Source: Thermoplasmatota archaeon
GTDB taxonomy: Archaea; Thermoplasmatota; Penumbrarchaeia; Penumbrarchaeales; Penumbrarchaeaceae
Length of the DNA stretch: 64,000 nt
Direction: 5' to 3'
Assembly (NCBI GenBank): GCA_046483845.1
Contig: JAWOCK010000038.1
Span: 355 to 64,354 of the forward strand
The notes below the pieces were generated by a model, which made no database searches, had not been told where the DNA came from, and saw only the letters and a list, made by a program, of their open reading frames with translations. Made by a program: the position numbers and the translations under genes. How positions within the stretch are numbered: position 1 is the stretch's first letter; every line of letters starts with the position of its first letter. Below are positions 28,463 to 37,033 of the stretch, in pieces.

Positions 28463-30280
28463 ATGATTAGGAGCCATCCGGAAGTGAACCAAATGGAGAC
28501 CAAAGAAAGGATATCAGCGCTTAGGGATCTAATGGAGGAAGAAGGGATAGAGGCATATCTGGTGCCCAGCACGGACCCTCACCAATCCGAATACCTTCCA
28601 GAATGCTGGAAGAGAAGGCAATGGATCTCCGGTTTCACCGGCTCAGCCGGTGATGTGGTGATCACCGGGGACAAGGCCGGTCTCTGGACCGACGGCAGGT
28701 ATTTCCTCCAGGCGGAGGAGCAGCTCGAAGGGTCCGGCATCGACCTGTTCAGGATGGGGCAGCCCGATGTCCCCAAACTGGAGGAATGGGTCTCCAGGGA
28801 GCTCGGAGAGGGGGAGCATCTGGGAATGGACCCCGGGGTGATATCGGTCCAGGCCTCCAACAAGCTGGAGAAGACCCTGAAGGAGAGGGGTGTGAAGCTG
28901 AAATACGTCGAGAGGAACCTGGTCGACGAGCTGTGGAAGGACAGGCCCTCCCCTTCAAAGGACCCGATCATAACACTTCCTTCTGAATACACCGGAGAGA
29001 CGGTAAAGGAAAAGCTGGACAGGATAAGGGAGAAGATGAAAGACAAGATGTGCAATGTGCATGTCCTTGGTTCCCTGGACACCATTGCCTGGACCTTCAA
29101 TATCAGAGGAACGGACATAGATTTCAATCCCCTGGTCATCTCATATGCCGTCATAACGAAAGAAGATGCCCACATCTTCCTGGACATGGACAAGGTTACC
29201 GACAAGGCAGAGGAAGCGCTCTCAGGACTGGTCGGGTTCCACCCATACGTTGAGATGGGTCCCTTTCTGGCGGATATCGGGGAGGAGGAGAACAAGGTCT
29301 GGATAGACCCGAAGGCCACCAACAGGTGGATACTGCTCCAGCTGGGAAAAGGGACCAGGACCCACATGGAGCGCTCCCCTGTAATGGATATGAAATCGGT
29401 GAAGAACGATGTGGAGCTCCAGGGTTTCCGCGACTGTCTGGTTGTGGACGGAGTTGCCATGGTCAAGTACCTGAAATGGCTCGAGGACAGGGTCCCGGAA
29501 GGAGGGGTCACCGAGATATCCGCCGCGGATAGGCTGGAAGAGTTCAGAAGGCAAGGCGACATGTTCGTCGGCCTCTCCTTCAAGACCATCTCGGGGTACG
29601 GAGAGCACGGTGCTGTGATACATTACGATCCGAAACCGGAAAGCGACGTGGAACTGAGGGAAGAGGGCATCTATCTGGTCGATTCGGGTGGGCAGTACAT
29701 GAACGGGACCACCGATATCACCAGGACCGTGACACTTGGGAAACCCACCGATGAACAGAAGGAGATGTTCACCAGAGTGCTGAAGGGGCACATCGGTCTC
29801 GCCACGCTAAGCTTTTTAAAGGGTTTCTCCGGAAAACAGATCGAGCTCCCCGCAAGGAAGCCTCTCTGGGATGCCGGAAAGAACTACACCCACGGAACAG
29901 GTCACGGAGTAGGGCATTATCTCAACGTCCACGAGGGGCCCATGGGCATCACCCCGAAGGACATCGGTGTGCCGCTCAAAGCCGGCAACGTGCTCTCGAA
30001 CGAGCCCGGTTTCTACAAGGCGGGCGAATACGGCATAAGGATAGAGAACCTGGTACTTGTCCAGGACGACGAGGAACTCAGCTCGGACGAGTTCCAGTTC
30101 CTGAGGTTCGAGACCCTAACGCTCTGTCCCATCGACCTGAACCTGGTGAGCGGGGAAATGCTCACCGAAGAGGAGAGGACCTGGTTGAACCGGTACCACC
30201 ATGAGGTCCATTCCAGACTTGCCCCTCATCTGGACGAGGAGCACAAAGAGTGGTTGAAGGAGCATACAACGGAAATATAG
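28463..30280 (+). CDS. Xaa-Pro aminopeptidase (aminopeptidase P, M24B), three-domain cytosolic type.
   Basis: At ~600 aa it resembles eukaryotic/archaeal XPNPEP1. The metal-ligand region is HGTGHGVGHYLNVHEGP and the C-terminal region is NEPGFY...GIRIEN. An alternative start at METKERIS (28493) is possible. Confidence 0.85.
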   Translation: MIRSHPEVNQMETKERISALRDLMEEEGIEAYLVPSTDPHQSEYLPECWKRRQWISGFTGSAGDVVITGDKAGLWTDGRYFLQAEEQLEGSGIDLFRMGQPDVPKLEEWVSRELGEGEHLGMDPGVISVQASNKLEKTLKERGVKLKYVERNLVDELWKDRPSPSKDPIITLPSEYTGETVKEKLDRIREKMKDKMCNVHVLGSLDTIAWTFNIRGTDIDFNPLVISYAVITKEDAHIFLDMDKVTDKAEEALSGLVGFHPYVEMGPFLADIGEEENKVWIDPKATNRWILLQLGKGTRTHMERSPVMDMKSVKNDVELQGFRDCLVVDGVAMVKYLKWLEDRVPEGGVTEISAADRLEEFRRQGDMFVGLSFKTISGYGEHGAVIHYDPKPESDVELREEGIYLVDSGGQYMNGTTDITRTVTLGKPTDEQKEMFTRVLKGHIGLATLSFLKGFSGKQIELPARKPLWDAGKNYTHGTGHGVGHYLNVHEGPMGITPKDIGVPLKAGNVLSNEPGFYKAGEYGIRIENLVLVQDDEELSSDEFQFLRFETLTLCPIDLNLVSGEMLTEEERTWLNRYHHEVHSRLAPHLDEEHKEWLKEHTTEI

Positions 30281-30288
30281 GTGATCAG

Positions 30289-30534
30289 ATGACCGAATGG
30301 GACGATCTTCTCTACCAGGAGATATTCCGATCCATGTTGGACTACCTTGCAAAGAGAAGGAGATCGGACCCCGACTTCTCAAGGGAGGTCATGGTGGAGA
30401 TACTGGAGATGGAGTACACAAAGCAGGACAATGCCTGGGCCGGAAAGAGCCCCGTTGAGATCATAAAGGACAAGGCCACCATTGCCGCATACGAGCTCTA
30501 CCTGAGCGAATGGAAAGAGAGAGGGAGATCCTGA
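30289..30534 (+). CDS. Small hypothetical protein of 81 aa.
   Basis: The ATG at 30289 has an AGGTGA sequence 4 nt upstream. The ORF overlaps the end of the aminopeptidase P gene. No domain was recognised. Confidence 0.4.
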   Translation: MTEWDDLLYQEIFRSMLDYLAKRRRSDPDFSREVMVEILEMEYTKQDNAWAGKSPVEIIKDKATIAAYELYLSEWKERGRS

Positions 30535-30627
30535 TCCTTCGGCTACACCTTCACACACCCCCCCCCCTTGCCACAGCTTATGAACTCCGGAGGGCTTTTA
30601 CATGATCCCCCAACCGGAGGTTGCAGT

Positions 30628-31311
30628 ATGTCATATGAGGATGCAGACGGCTACATCACAGGTCTTTCGGCTTTCGACGATCTGTTCGGTCCGCTCAGAA
30701 AAGGGGAGCTCTATCTCATCGTGGGCAGGACCTCCCTCAACAGGAACCTGGTAGACAGGGCCGCCGTACTTGCCGCGAGCAGGGGAGATCCGGTGCACTA
30801 CCTCGACGGCGGGCAGAGGGCGGATCCCTTCTCGATGGCAAGGCTGCTCCGTATGCAGCGGAGGGACCCCCGATCGGTCCTGGAGAGGATAATGATAGCA
30901 AGGGCCTTCACCGCATACCAGATGGATTCCCTCATCAGGGAGAGGGTCGAGGAGCTCGAAGAGGCTCCGGACCTGCTAGTTGTCTCGTCCATGGATGCTC
31001 TCTTCTCGGACCCCGAGGTGGATGCCGATGAAGCAAGGGCCATGGTCAGCAACTGCATGGCTTCCCTCAGGGAGACCGCCGACAGGGGCGCCTGCGTCCT
31101 GATATTGGCCGTGGGGGGCAGCAGGGGGAGCGAGCTGCTTGCGCTCATAAGTCCCATCTGCGCGAACTGGGCTTCCCTGACCAACAGGTTCGGCAACAGG
31201 GTGAGGATGGTGACCAGAGGGAGCCAATGGAGGGACTTCGTCCCGCTGCACCCCTTCCAGACCATGCTGGAGGACTACGGCTCCCGGGGGAGCATCGAGG
31301 AGGCAGCGTAA
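30628..31311 (+). CDS. RecA/RadB/KaiC-like protein with a degenerate P-loop; a putative inactive ATPase.
   Basis: GLSAFDDLFGPLRKGELYLIVGRTSLNRNLVDRAAVLAA aligns to the RadB/KaiC Walker A region but reads GRTSLNRN instead of GxxGxGKT. A GGAGGT sequence lies 7 nt upstream of ATG 30628. Confidence 0.55.
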   Translation: MSYEDADGYITGLSAFDDLFGPLRKGELYLIVGRTSLNRNLVDRAAVLAASRGDPVHYLDGGQRADPFSMARLLRMQRRDPRSVLERIMIARAFTAYQMDSLIRERVEELEEAPDLLVVSSMDALFSDPEVDADEARAMVSNCMASLRETADRGACVLILAVGGSRGSELLALISPICANWASLTNRFGNRVRMVTRGSQWRDFVPLHPFQTMLEDYGSRGSIEEAA

Positions 31312-31532
31312 TGGGAAAGACCTGTCCGACGTATCGGATGCTCCTTGAGGAGGAGATACACACCTGGGAGAGCTTCAGGAGAGCTCTTAGAAAAGAAGAC
31401 AGGGAAGCTTTCGATCGGTTGATGAACAAGGTCAGAAGACATGCTTCGGCGTCATCGAACGCTGCCAGATTGAACCCTTTTGAATCCCTCGTTATGGCGG
31501 CGCTGGTGGAGCTGGAGAGGAGAGATGATTAA
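31311..31532 (+). CDS. Small hypothetical protein of 73 aa, coupled to the upstream gene by a TAATG overlap.
   Basis: The product begins MGKTCPTYRMLLEEEIHTWESFRRALRKEDREAFDRLMNKVRRHAS. The stop of the upstream gene and this start overlap. Confidence 0.45.
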   Translation: MGKTCPTYRMLLEEEIHTWESFRRALRKEDREAFDRLMNKVRRHASASSNAARLNPFESLVMAALVELERRDD

Positions 31533-31647
31533 TATATGGTGTTGCAGGCTGCAAGATGGGAAATGAATAGCGGGCCATGGAACCTTCCAGCCGAAAGCTG
31601 GAAGTGTTGACGAGTCCATGACCCAGTGTAACATGCCAACTGAACGA

Positions 31648-31679
31648 AAAAGCATTTCTGTAGAATGCTTTTTTTGTTT
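31648..31679 (+). terminator. Hairpin plus T-tract, flanked by an A-tract and therefore potentially bidirectional.
   Basis: AAAGCATT-tctgtag-AATGCTTT forms a perfect 8-bp stem. It is followed by TTTTTTTGTTT and preceded by AAAAA. Confidence 0.5.
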
Positions 31680-32002
31680 AAGGACCTGATACGGCATTTC
31701 TTTCTTTTCAGGCATATTACCGTATTAAGAAATATGTTTGATAGCATATTGTTTCTTTTTTTGACAGATCATACTATAAAAACAATACATCAGATGGGTT
31801 CATTACCCTCTATTACCCATTATTTGGGACCTTGGGGTCTTATAGATCGTCTCCTTGCGAACTCGAGATTCGAGAAGGACAATAATCCCACCCTCATCGA
31901 AACTCCACTCGGATGGTTTGACGGGTAGTGTGTGCAAGGAACAGGGGTATATTTCCGTATGAACGGAACAGGCACCCATCGGAGGAGAAATGAACCGGGG
32001 GA

Positions 32003-32992
32003 TCAACCCGTACTGAAAAGCAAAATGGAGACTGTGAAGAGACCGGATACCCCCGAGATCTGCCACATTGCATAGTTTATGTGGGACCTGATCCTCTCCA
32101 TGATCGAGGAGAGGTTCCCTCCGTTGTTGGCTTCTCTGTACATTCTGAACAATCCGACAATGGTTATCAGATATCCGAAGAATATCACGATCGATATCAA
32201 TGAAATGGTAAAGAAGTCGTTCAATACCGGACCTGCGATCCGTATCGATCCCCTCCTGTTGAACCAGATGTACATGAGGGCCACCATCAAAGGGAGACCT
32301 ATCATGAAGAATATCAAAGCCAGTCCGAGCGATCTCTTTAGTCCGAGCCTCACAATAGGTGTTAGAAGCTTTTCGGAAAGGTCCTCTTCATAATCCTGGA
32401 TCTGGTTCCCGATCTCGAGAGCATAATGTACCATTGTGAAACCAAATGCAAAGAGGAAGAGGTCCAGGGTCAAGCCTCCTGATACAACGTAGAACATGAA
32501 CACAAGGGGTATGAAGAAACAGCACAGACCCAGGGCCAAGATGTGATACAGAACCCCTCTGGTCTTGAATGAGAATGGTTTCATCGAATATCCGAAGCCG
32601 AAGAATATCCCTGCCAGGATCATGACCATCGGAACGAGGTCTCCCATCCGATAGCAGATGTGAGCACCGAGTATGATCGAAATACCGAGATGGAATGCTA
32701 TGGCGGTCTTCAATCTTTTTTCCCCCAGGTAGTTCACACCCCAGGCGATGGAGGTTTTGAAGGTCTGGTACTTCGCATCCATATCTCTATCCGTCCATGC
32801 GTTGATGAGAAAACCGCTGAGATAGAGCAGGATGAAGGCTATCACTCCCTCAATGACGGTGATGCTGTAGAACTGTTCGAAAGAATTGGTTGCAATAAGG
32901 ATCGGAATGAAGAGGGCTATGAGCTCCCCGGGGAAATATTCGTACCTGCATACTATCAGATATGCTTTGATCATTCTGAAGAGGTCAGCCAT
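32003..32992 (-). CDS. UbiA family prenyltransferase (DGGGP-synthase/4HB-prenyltransferase-like).
   Basis: About 8-9 TM helices. The first Asp-rich motif is INAWTDRDMDAKY and the second is YALEIGNQIQDYEED. Confidence 0.75.
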   Translation of the reverse strand: MADLFRMIKAYLIVCRYEYFPGELIALFIPILIATNSFEQFYSITVIEGVIAFILLYLSGFLINAWTDRDMDAKYQTFKTSIAWGVNYLGEKRLKTAIAFHLGISIILGAHICYRMGDLVPMVMILAGIFFGFGYSMKPFSFKTRGVLYHILALGLCCFFIPLVFMFYVVSGGLTLDLFLFAFGFTMVHYALEIGNQIQDYEEDLSEKLLTPIVRLGLKRSLGLALIFFMIGLPLMVALMYIWFNRRGSIRIAGPVLNDFFTISLISIVIFFGYLITIVGLFRMYREANNGGNLSSIMERIRSHINYAMWQISGVSGLFTVSILLFSTG

Positions 32993-33254
32993 ATCGAACG
33001 ACTCCGTATGTTAACTATTAACCATTTGGGCCCATTAAATAAATAACCATGATGCTATTGATAATTTTCCATTTGATCGAAAATATTTGGTGCCAGTTTC
33101 AGTGATGCACAATAAGAGTTGAGGCATACTTCAACTAAATGAAGCACCTCATCGATGAACTCGTGAAAGAATACGAGGCAATCGCCAACGGTCAGGCAAG
33201 GCCCTGTCGAATTCCAAGCATTCATTGGTAAGAAGATCGATCGGTATGATATTA

Positions 33255-34418
33255 TCATTTTTTCAGAAGGAATATGATGAAAGAGATCCCTGAAACGATA
33301 ACTACCAGCGAGACAAGAAGGAAACCCTTGAAGTACCATGAGGCTCCCCTGAGGGCGAGTATAAGTTCCAGTCCCTCCTCACCGCCTACAGAATCGTAGA
33401 TGTCCTCATCGTACATCTCCCAGACCTCGTCGTAGCTGATATTGAAGCCTTCCTCGACATCCCTTGATATCGGGGATCCCATTGGTACATATCTGTGTGT
33501 ATCCTTGTAAGTGGGGATCAGTTCCAGGGAAGAGATGCTCCCATCGTTATCGACCTTTACCTTCGCAACGTAGGAGTGATCCGAGCTTTCATCGGCGGTA
33601 TCCATCACGGCATTACCCAGGGAATAGAGTATCAATCCATCCCCGTATCCCTCCACCTGATGAACAGTGTGGGGACCGTGTCCCATTATGATGTCCGCTC
33701 CCCGGTCGATAAGGTCACGGCACAGGTCCATATCGCCCTCTTCAGGAGACTTTGTGTACTGGGGCCACTTTCTCCAGTGGATGGAGACAATGAGAACGTC
33801 CACAAGGTCCCTGGCATAAACTATGTCCTTTTCCATCAGGTCCCGGTCCAAAGGAAGAGGGCCGGGGAGCTCACCCGCTGCCATCCAGTGGTCCCTGACA
33901 TTCTCGGTATATGCAAGGAAACCAAAGGTAAGGCCCGAGGCCTCGAGGATGACAGGTCTCTGCATTGATGCGTTCTCGATAGGATCGTCGTACCAGATGC
34001 CCGCGTGCCCTATCCCCGCATCATCCAGATATCCCATGGTATCGTTCAATGCATCGTACCCGTAGTCCAGACAGTGATTGTTGGCAAGGGAAACAGCATC
34101 GATCCCTGCGTACTCCAGACATCCAATTGTACTGGGATCCGACCTGAAAGTGCAGTACTTCCCTTCTTCCTCGACCCCTCTATCTGACACCGGGGTCTCG
34201 AGGTTGGCAAAGGTCAAATCGGCGTCATCGATATGCTCCATTATCTCCTCGAAAGGGTAATCGGTGCCGTAGGTCTCTATGCGCTCACCTATCGCTCCAT
34301 CGAAGACGAGATCCCCCATGAAGATCAGTGTGGTATGCTCATCGGCATCCGCCATTGAAGGTTGGGGTAAAAGGACCACAGCGACGATCATAAACAGAAT
34401 GAGATACCTGGCCATCAT
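33255..34418 (-). CDS. CapA/PgsA-like metallophosphatase with an N-terminal signal/TM and a C-terminal TM anchor.
   Basis: TLIFMGDLVFDG, ANLETPV, SIHWRKW and IIMGHGPHTVHQVEGY are consistent with a CapA/YwtB calcineurin-like fold. The start at 34418 (MMARYLILF) avoids overlap with the upstream gene. The ORF track extends to 34493. Confidence 0.65.
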   Translation of the reverse strand: MMARYLILFMIVAVVLLPQPSMADADEHTTLIFMGDLVFDGAIGERIETYGTDYPFEEIMEHIDDADLTFANLETPVSDRGVEEEGKYCTFRSDPSTIGCLEYAGIDAVSLANNHCLDYGYDALNDTMGYLDDAGIGHAGIWYDDPIENASMQRPVILEASGLTFGFLAYTENVRDHWMAAGELPGPLPLDRDLMEKDIVYARDLVDVLIVSIHWRKWPQYTKSPEEGDMDLCRDLIDRGADIIMGHGPHTVHQVEGYGDGLILYSLGNAVMDTADESSDHSYVAKVKVDNDGSISSLELIPTYKDTHRYVPMGSPISRDVEEGFNISYDEVWEMYDEDIYDSVGGEEGLELILALRGASWYFKGFLLVSLVVIVSGISFIIFLLKK

Positions 34419-34450
34419 GATAAACGGTAAGGATATCGTGAACAACAATC

Positions 34451-34843
34451 TTAAGGGTTGGGGACTCTCTCTTCTCTGCAGGTTCTGATCCACACGATAT
34501 GCACCGAAACAGCCAAGGCTATCAAGATAAGGATAACCTTGACTAAAATGTTGGATACAAAGAGAAGAGCGGACGTCAGTATGACCGCCCAGAGAAGGAG
34601 AAGTATCATCAACTTATGCCTCAAAATGATGCCCTTTCCACTGGCATAGTTCGAAATGTAGCTTCCAAAGACCTTGTTGGTGAGCAGCCAGTGGTGAAGA
34701 CGCTTTGAGCTTTTTCCGAATGAATAGGCTGAGATCAAAAGAAAGGGTGTTGTTGGCAGAACAGGAAGGAAGATGCCGATCACCCCCAGCGACAGTGAGG
34801 TCATCCCCAGAATAACAAATGCTGTCTTTTTGATCGGGTTCAT
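34451..34843 (-). CDS. YbaN/DUF454 family small inner-membrane protein.
   Basis: The product begins MNPIKKTAFVILGMTSLSLGVIGIFLPVLPTTPFLLISAYSFGKSSKRLHHWLL. A GGAGGTCC sequence lies 8 nt upstream of ATG 34843. The N-terminal extension in the ORF track, to 35182, is unsupported. Confidence 0.7.
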   Translation of the reverse strand: MNPIKKTAFVILGMTSLSLGVIGIFLPVLPTTPFLLISAYSFGKSSKRLHHWLLTNKVFGSYISNYASGKGIILRHKLMILLLLWAVILTSALLFVSNILVKVILILIALAVSVHIVWIRTCREERVPNP

Positions 34844-34932
34844 GAAAGGACCTCCATCCATCAAGGGAAGCATATGTTCATATGAAATATTTATTACCAT
34901 GTTCCAACAATCGATATCACAATAGGTGCTCA

Positions 34933-35706
34933 ATGATGAGAAAGCACGGAAAGCCCCCGTATGATATCGTTCTGGTCCACGGCGGGCCCGGTTCGGCAGG
35001 GGAGCTCGAACCGCTGGCAAGGATGCTGTCACCGGAGATGGGCGTGCTGGAGCCGTTCCAGACCGAGGATTCGGTCGGTGGGCAGATCGAAGAGCTGAAG
35101 GAGCATATAGAAGAGAACTGCAGGGTCCCGGTAACGCTGGTGGGCTGGTCATGGGGAGCCTGGCTTTCGATGATGGCGGCATCCGAACACCCCCAACTCA
35201 TCAAAAAGCTCATAATGGTCGGGTGCGCACCGCTGGAGGACCGATACGTTCCCATCATAATGAGGAAACGATACCGGAGGCTCGGCACGGGGGAGATAGA
35301 TGAGCTCAAAAGGGTCACTTCGATGATGAGCTCCCCCGGGACATCGGAAGCTGTCCCGAGAAGGTTCGGGGAGCTGATGTCCAAGGCCGATTCCTATGAA
35401 TTGATAGAGCAGGAAAGACCGAACGTAATATACGACCTCCACATCAATCGGAAGGTCTGGGGTGAGGCTTCCAGGATGAGGTCAACAGGTGAGATCCTGG
35501 ATATACTGAGCAGGGTCCGATGCCCCACCACCGCGATACACGGAAGGAACGATCCCCATCCATGGGAAGGTGTGAAGTACCCCCTGGATGAGCTAAGACC
35601 GGATGACGTCTTCCATCTACTGGACAGGTGCGGGCATGCCCCGTGGCTGGAGAAGCACGCTAGAGAGAGGTTCCTGAACCTGTTGAAGGATGAACTGGAC
35701 CATTAA
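34933..35706 (+). CDS. Alpha/beta hydrolase fold protein.
   Basis: DIVLVHGGPGSAGE and the nucleophile elbow GWSWG are present. An AGGTG sequence lies 5 nt upstream of ATG 34933. Confidence 0.7.
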   Translation: MMRKHGKPPYDIVLVHGGPGSAGELEPLARMLSPEMGVLEPFQTEDSVGGQIEELKEHIEENCRVPVTLVGWSWGAWLSMMAASEHPQLIKKLIMVGCAPLEDRYVPIIMRKRYRRLGTGEIDELKRVTSMMSSPGTSEAVPRRFGELMSKADSYELIEQERPNVIYDLHINRKVWGEASRMRSTGEILDILSRVRCPTTAIHGRNDPHPWEGVKYPLDELRPDDVFHLLDRCGHAPWLEKHARERFLNLLKDELDH

Positions 35707-36845
35707 CGATGGTCCTTTTTAAAGAAGGAATAAGCAAGGAACAAAAGGACGAAAAATATCCCCATGACGATGATGAACGTCCAGGGAATTTCTCCCCCAC
35801 TACTGTTCTCTTCAACTGCATCATCCTTGGGATCAAGCGGTACAACTTCATATCCGACCGGTTCGAGCTCGCCATAATCATATTTGATCAGAAGGTCCAC
35901 GGAAGCACTTTCCTCCTCTTCGTTCAAGAAGACGATGTAATATGTATCGGACCATACCTCTATATCACCGCCCCCTCCGTATGCTGGACCCAGTGAAAGA
36001 TCGAACTCTATCGGAGGCTTCTCATAATCGGAAAGGTTCTCCCCGAGGACCTCCGCTCTATGATAAAGGTACATGGTGTCCGTCATCTCCATCATCTTTA
36101 CCTCCACATCGCTGTGGAAGTCCATCCAGGCCCGGGTGTCAAAGGATGAATTGAAGGAGTAGGCAACCATGGACCCGAGGGGCACATTGAACCTATTGTC
36201 CTCAAGGGTGATGTTGGAGTTTTCATCAGCCCTGTGCAGGTCCATATCGATGTAAAGATGCTTTGCCTCATCTTCTTTGATCTCGAACTCACCCGTTTCA
36301 GTTTGATAATGCTCTGCCTCAACCTTGTATGTGTAATTGCCGGGCAGGATATCGAAGAACGTATTTCCGCTCTCATTGGTATATTTATTGTCCAAAGCAA
36401 TTGTCCCGTTATCATCCGATATGGACACGTTCGCTCCCTCAATACCTGCAAGATCCGACTTGGAACTTGCTGCAATGTACAGATCATGCTCGTACTCCTC
36501 AAGCGATATGTTGACCTCCTTCCATTCGAAGAAACCGATCTCTATCCTCTTTGATGTCCAGGGGTGTAAAGGAGAGCTTGCCTCAACAAAGAATATCCCA
36601 TCTCCGCCCACCTGCACCTCATAGGATCCGTTCTCATCCGTATTGGTATGGAAGTTCCTTGGAATGGACTCATTCCTGACCCATACATCGATTCCTTCAA
36701 GGGGATCCCCTGAAGCAGAATCAACCACAGTGCCGTAGAGATAGGTGGTCATTCCTCTGTCTTCCTCGTTCAGACCATCAGCTGCGGCCAGGGAAATACA
36801 AAGCAGTAAAATAGCCGTGAAAAGATGGGAAAGCTCTCTTTTCAT
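35703..36845 (-). CDS. Secreted surface protein with carboxypeptidase-regulatory-like (transthyretin-fold) domains and a C-terminal TM anchor.
   Basis: A signal peptide is present (MKRELSHLFTAILLLCISLAAADG). Two CarbopepD_reg-like segments occur (GTVVDSASGDPLEGIDVWV and GANVSISDDNGTIAL...ILPGNYTYKVEAEHY). A C-terminal TM helix plus KKDHR follows. ATATATAC about 30 nt upstream of ATG 36845 suggests a leaderless start. Confidence 0.6.
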   Translation of the reverse strand: MKRELSHLFTAILLLCISLAAADGLNEEDRGMTTYLYGTVVDSASGDPLEGIDVWVRNESIPRNFHTNTDENGSYEVQVGGDGIFFVEASSPLHPWTSKRIEIGFFEWKEVNISLEEYEHDLYIAASSKSDLAGIEGANVSISDDNGTIALDNKYTNESGNTFFDILPGNYTYKVEAEHYQTETGEFEIKEDEAKHLYIDMDLHRADENSNITLEDNRFNVPLGSMVAYSFNSSFDTRAWMDFHSDVEVKMMEMTDTMYLYHRAEVLGENLSDYEKPPIEFDLSLGPAYGGGGDIEVWSDTYYIVFLNEEEESASVDLLIKYDYGELEPVGYEVVPLDPKDDAVEENSSGGEIPWTFIIVMGIFFVLLFLAYSFFKKDHR

Positions 36846-37033
36846 CCAAACTCGCCGACAAAATATGATGGTATTTAGTATATATCTGTTTTCGAAGAAC
36901 AATGAAAATTCAAATAAAGGATATGAAATGGAAAATAAGAGCTATCATTGTACATCATACGTTGAGGGATGATCCTATATTCGCTCCCCTCTCTCCACCC
37001 TTTTTTTAACTACCTTGTAGGGAAATCCGTTCC

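Noticed and set aside
27130-29791. Large antisense ORFs opposite the GT4 and aminopeptidase P genes (316 aa, 336 aa, 189 aa)
   Set aside because: They share the high-GC antisense-frame openness of the PAN case. They have no motifs and overlap well-supported sense genes.
33055-33339. 94-aa minus ORF and a 30-aa plus ORF in the UbiA-CapA spacer
   Set aside because: They are short, with no RBS or TATA support. They lie in a spacer with no conservation cues.
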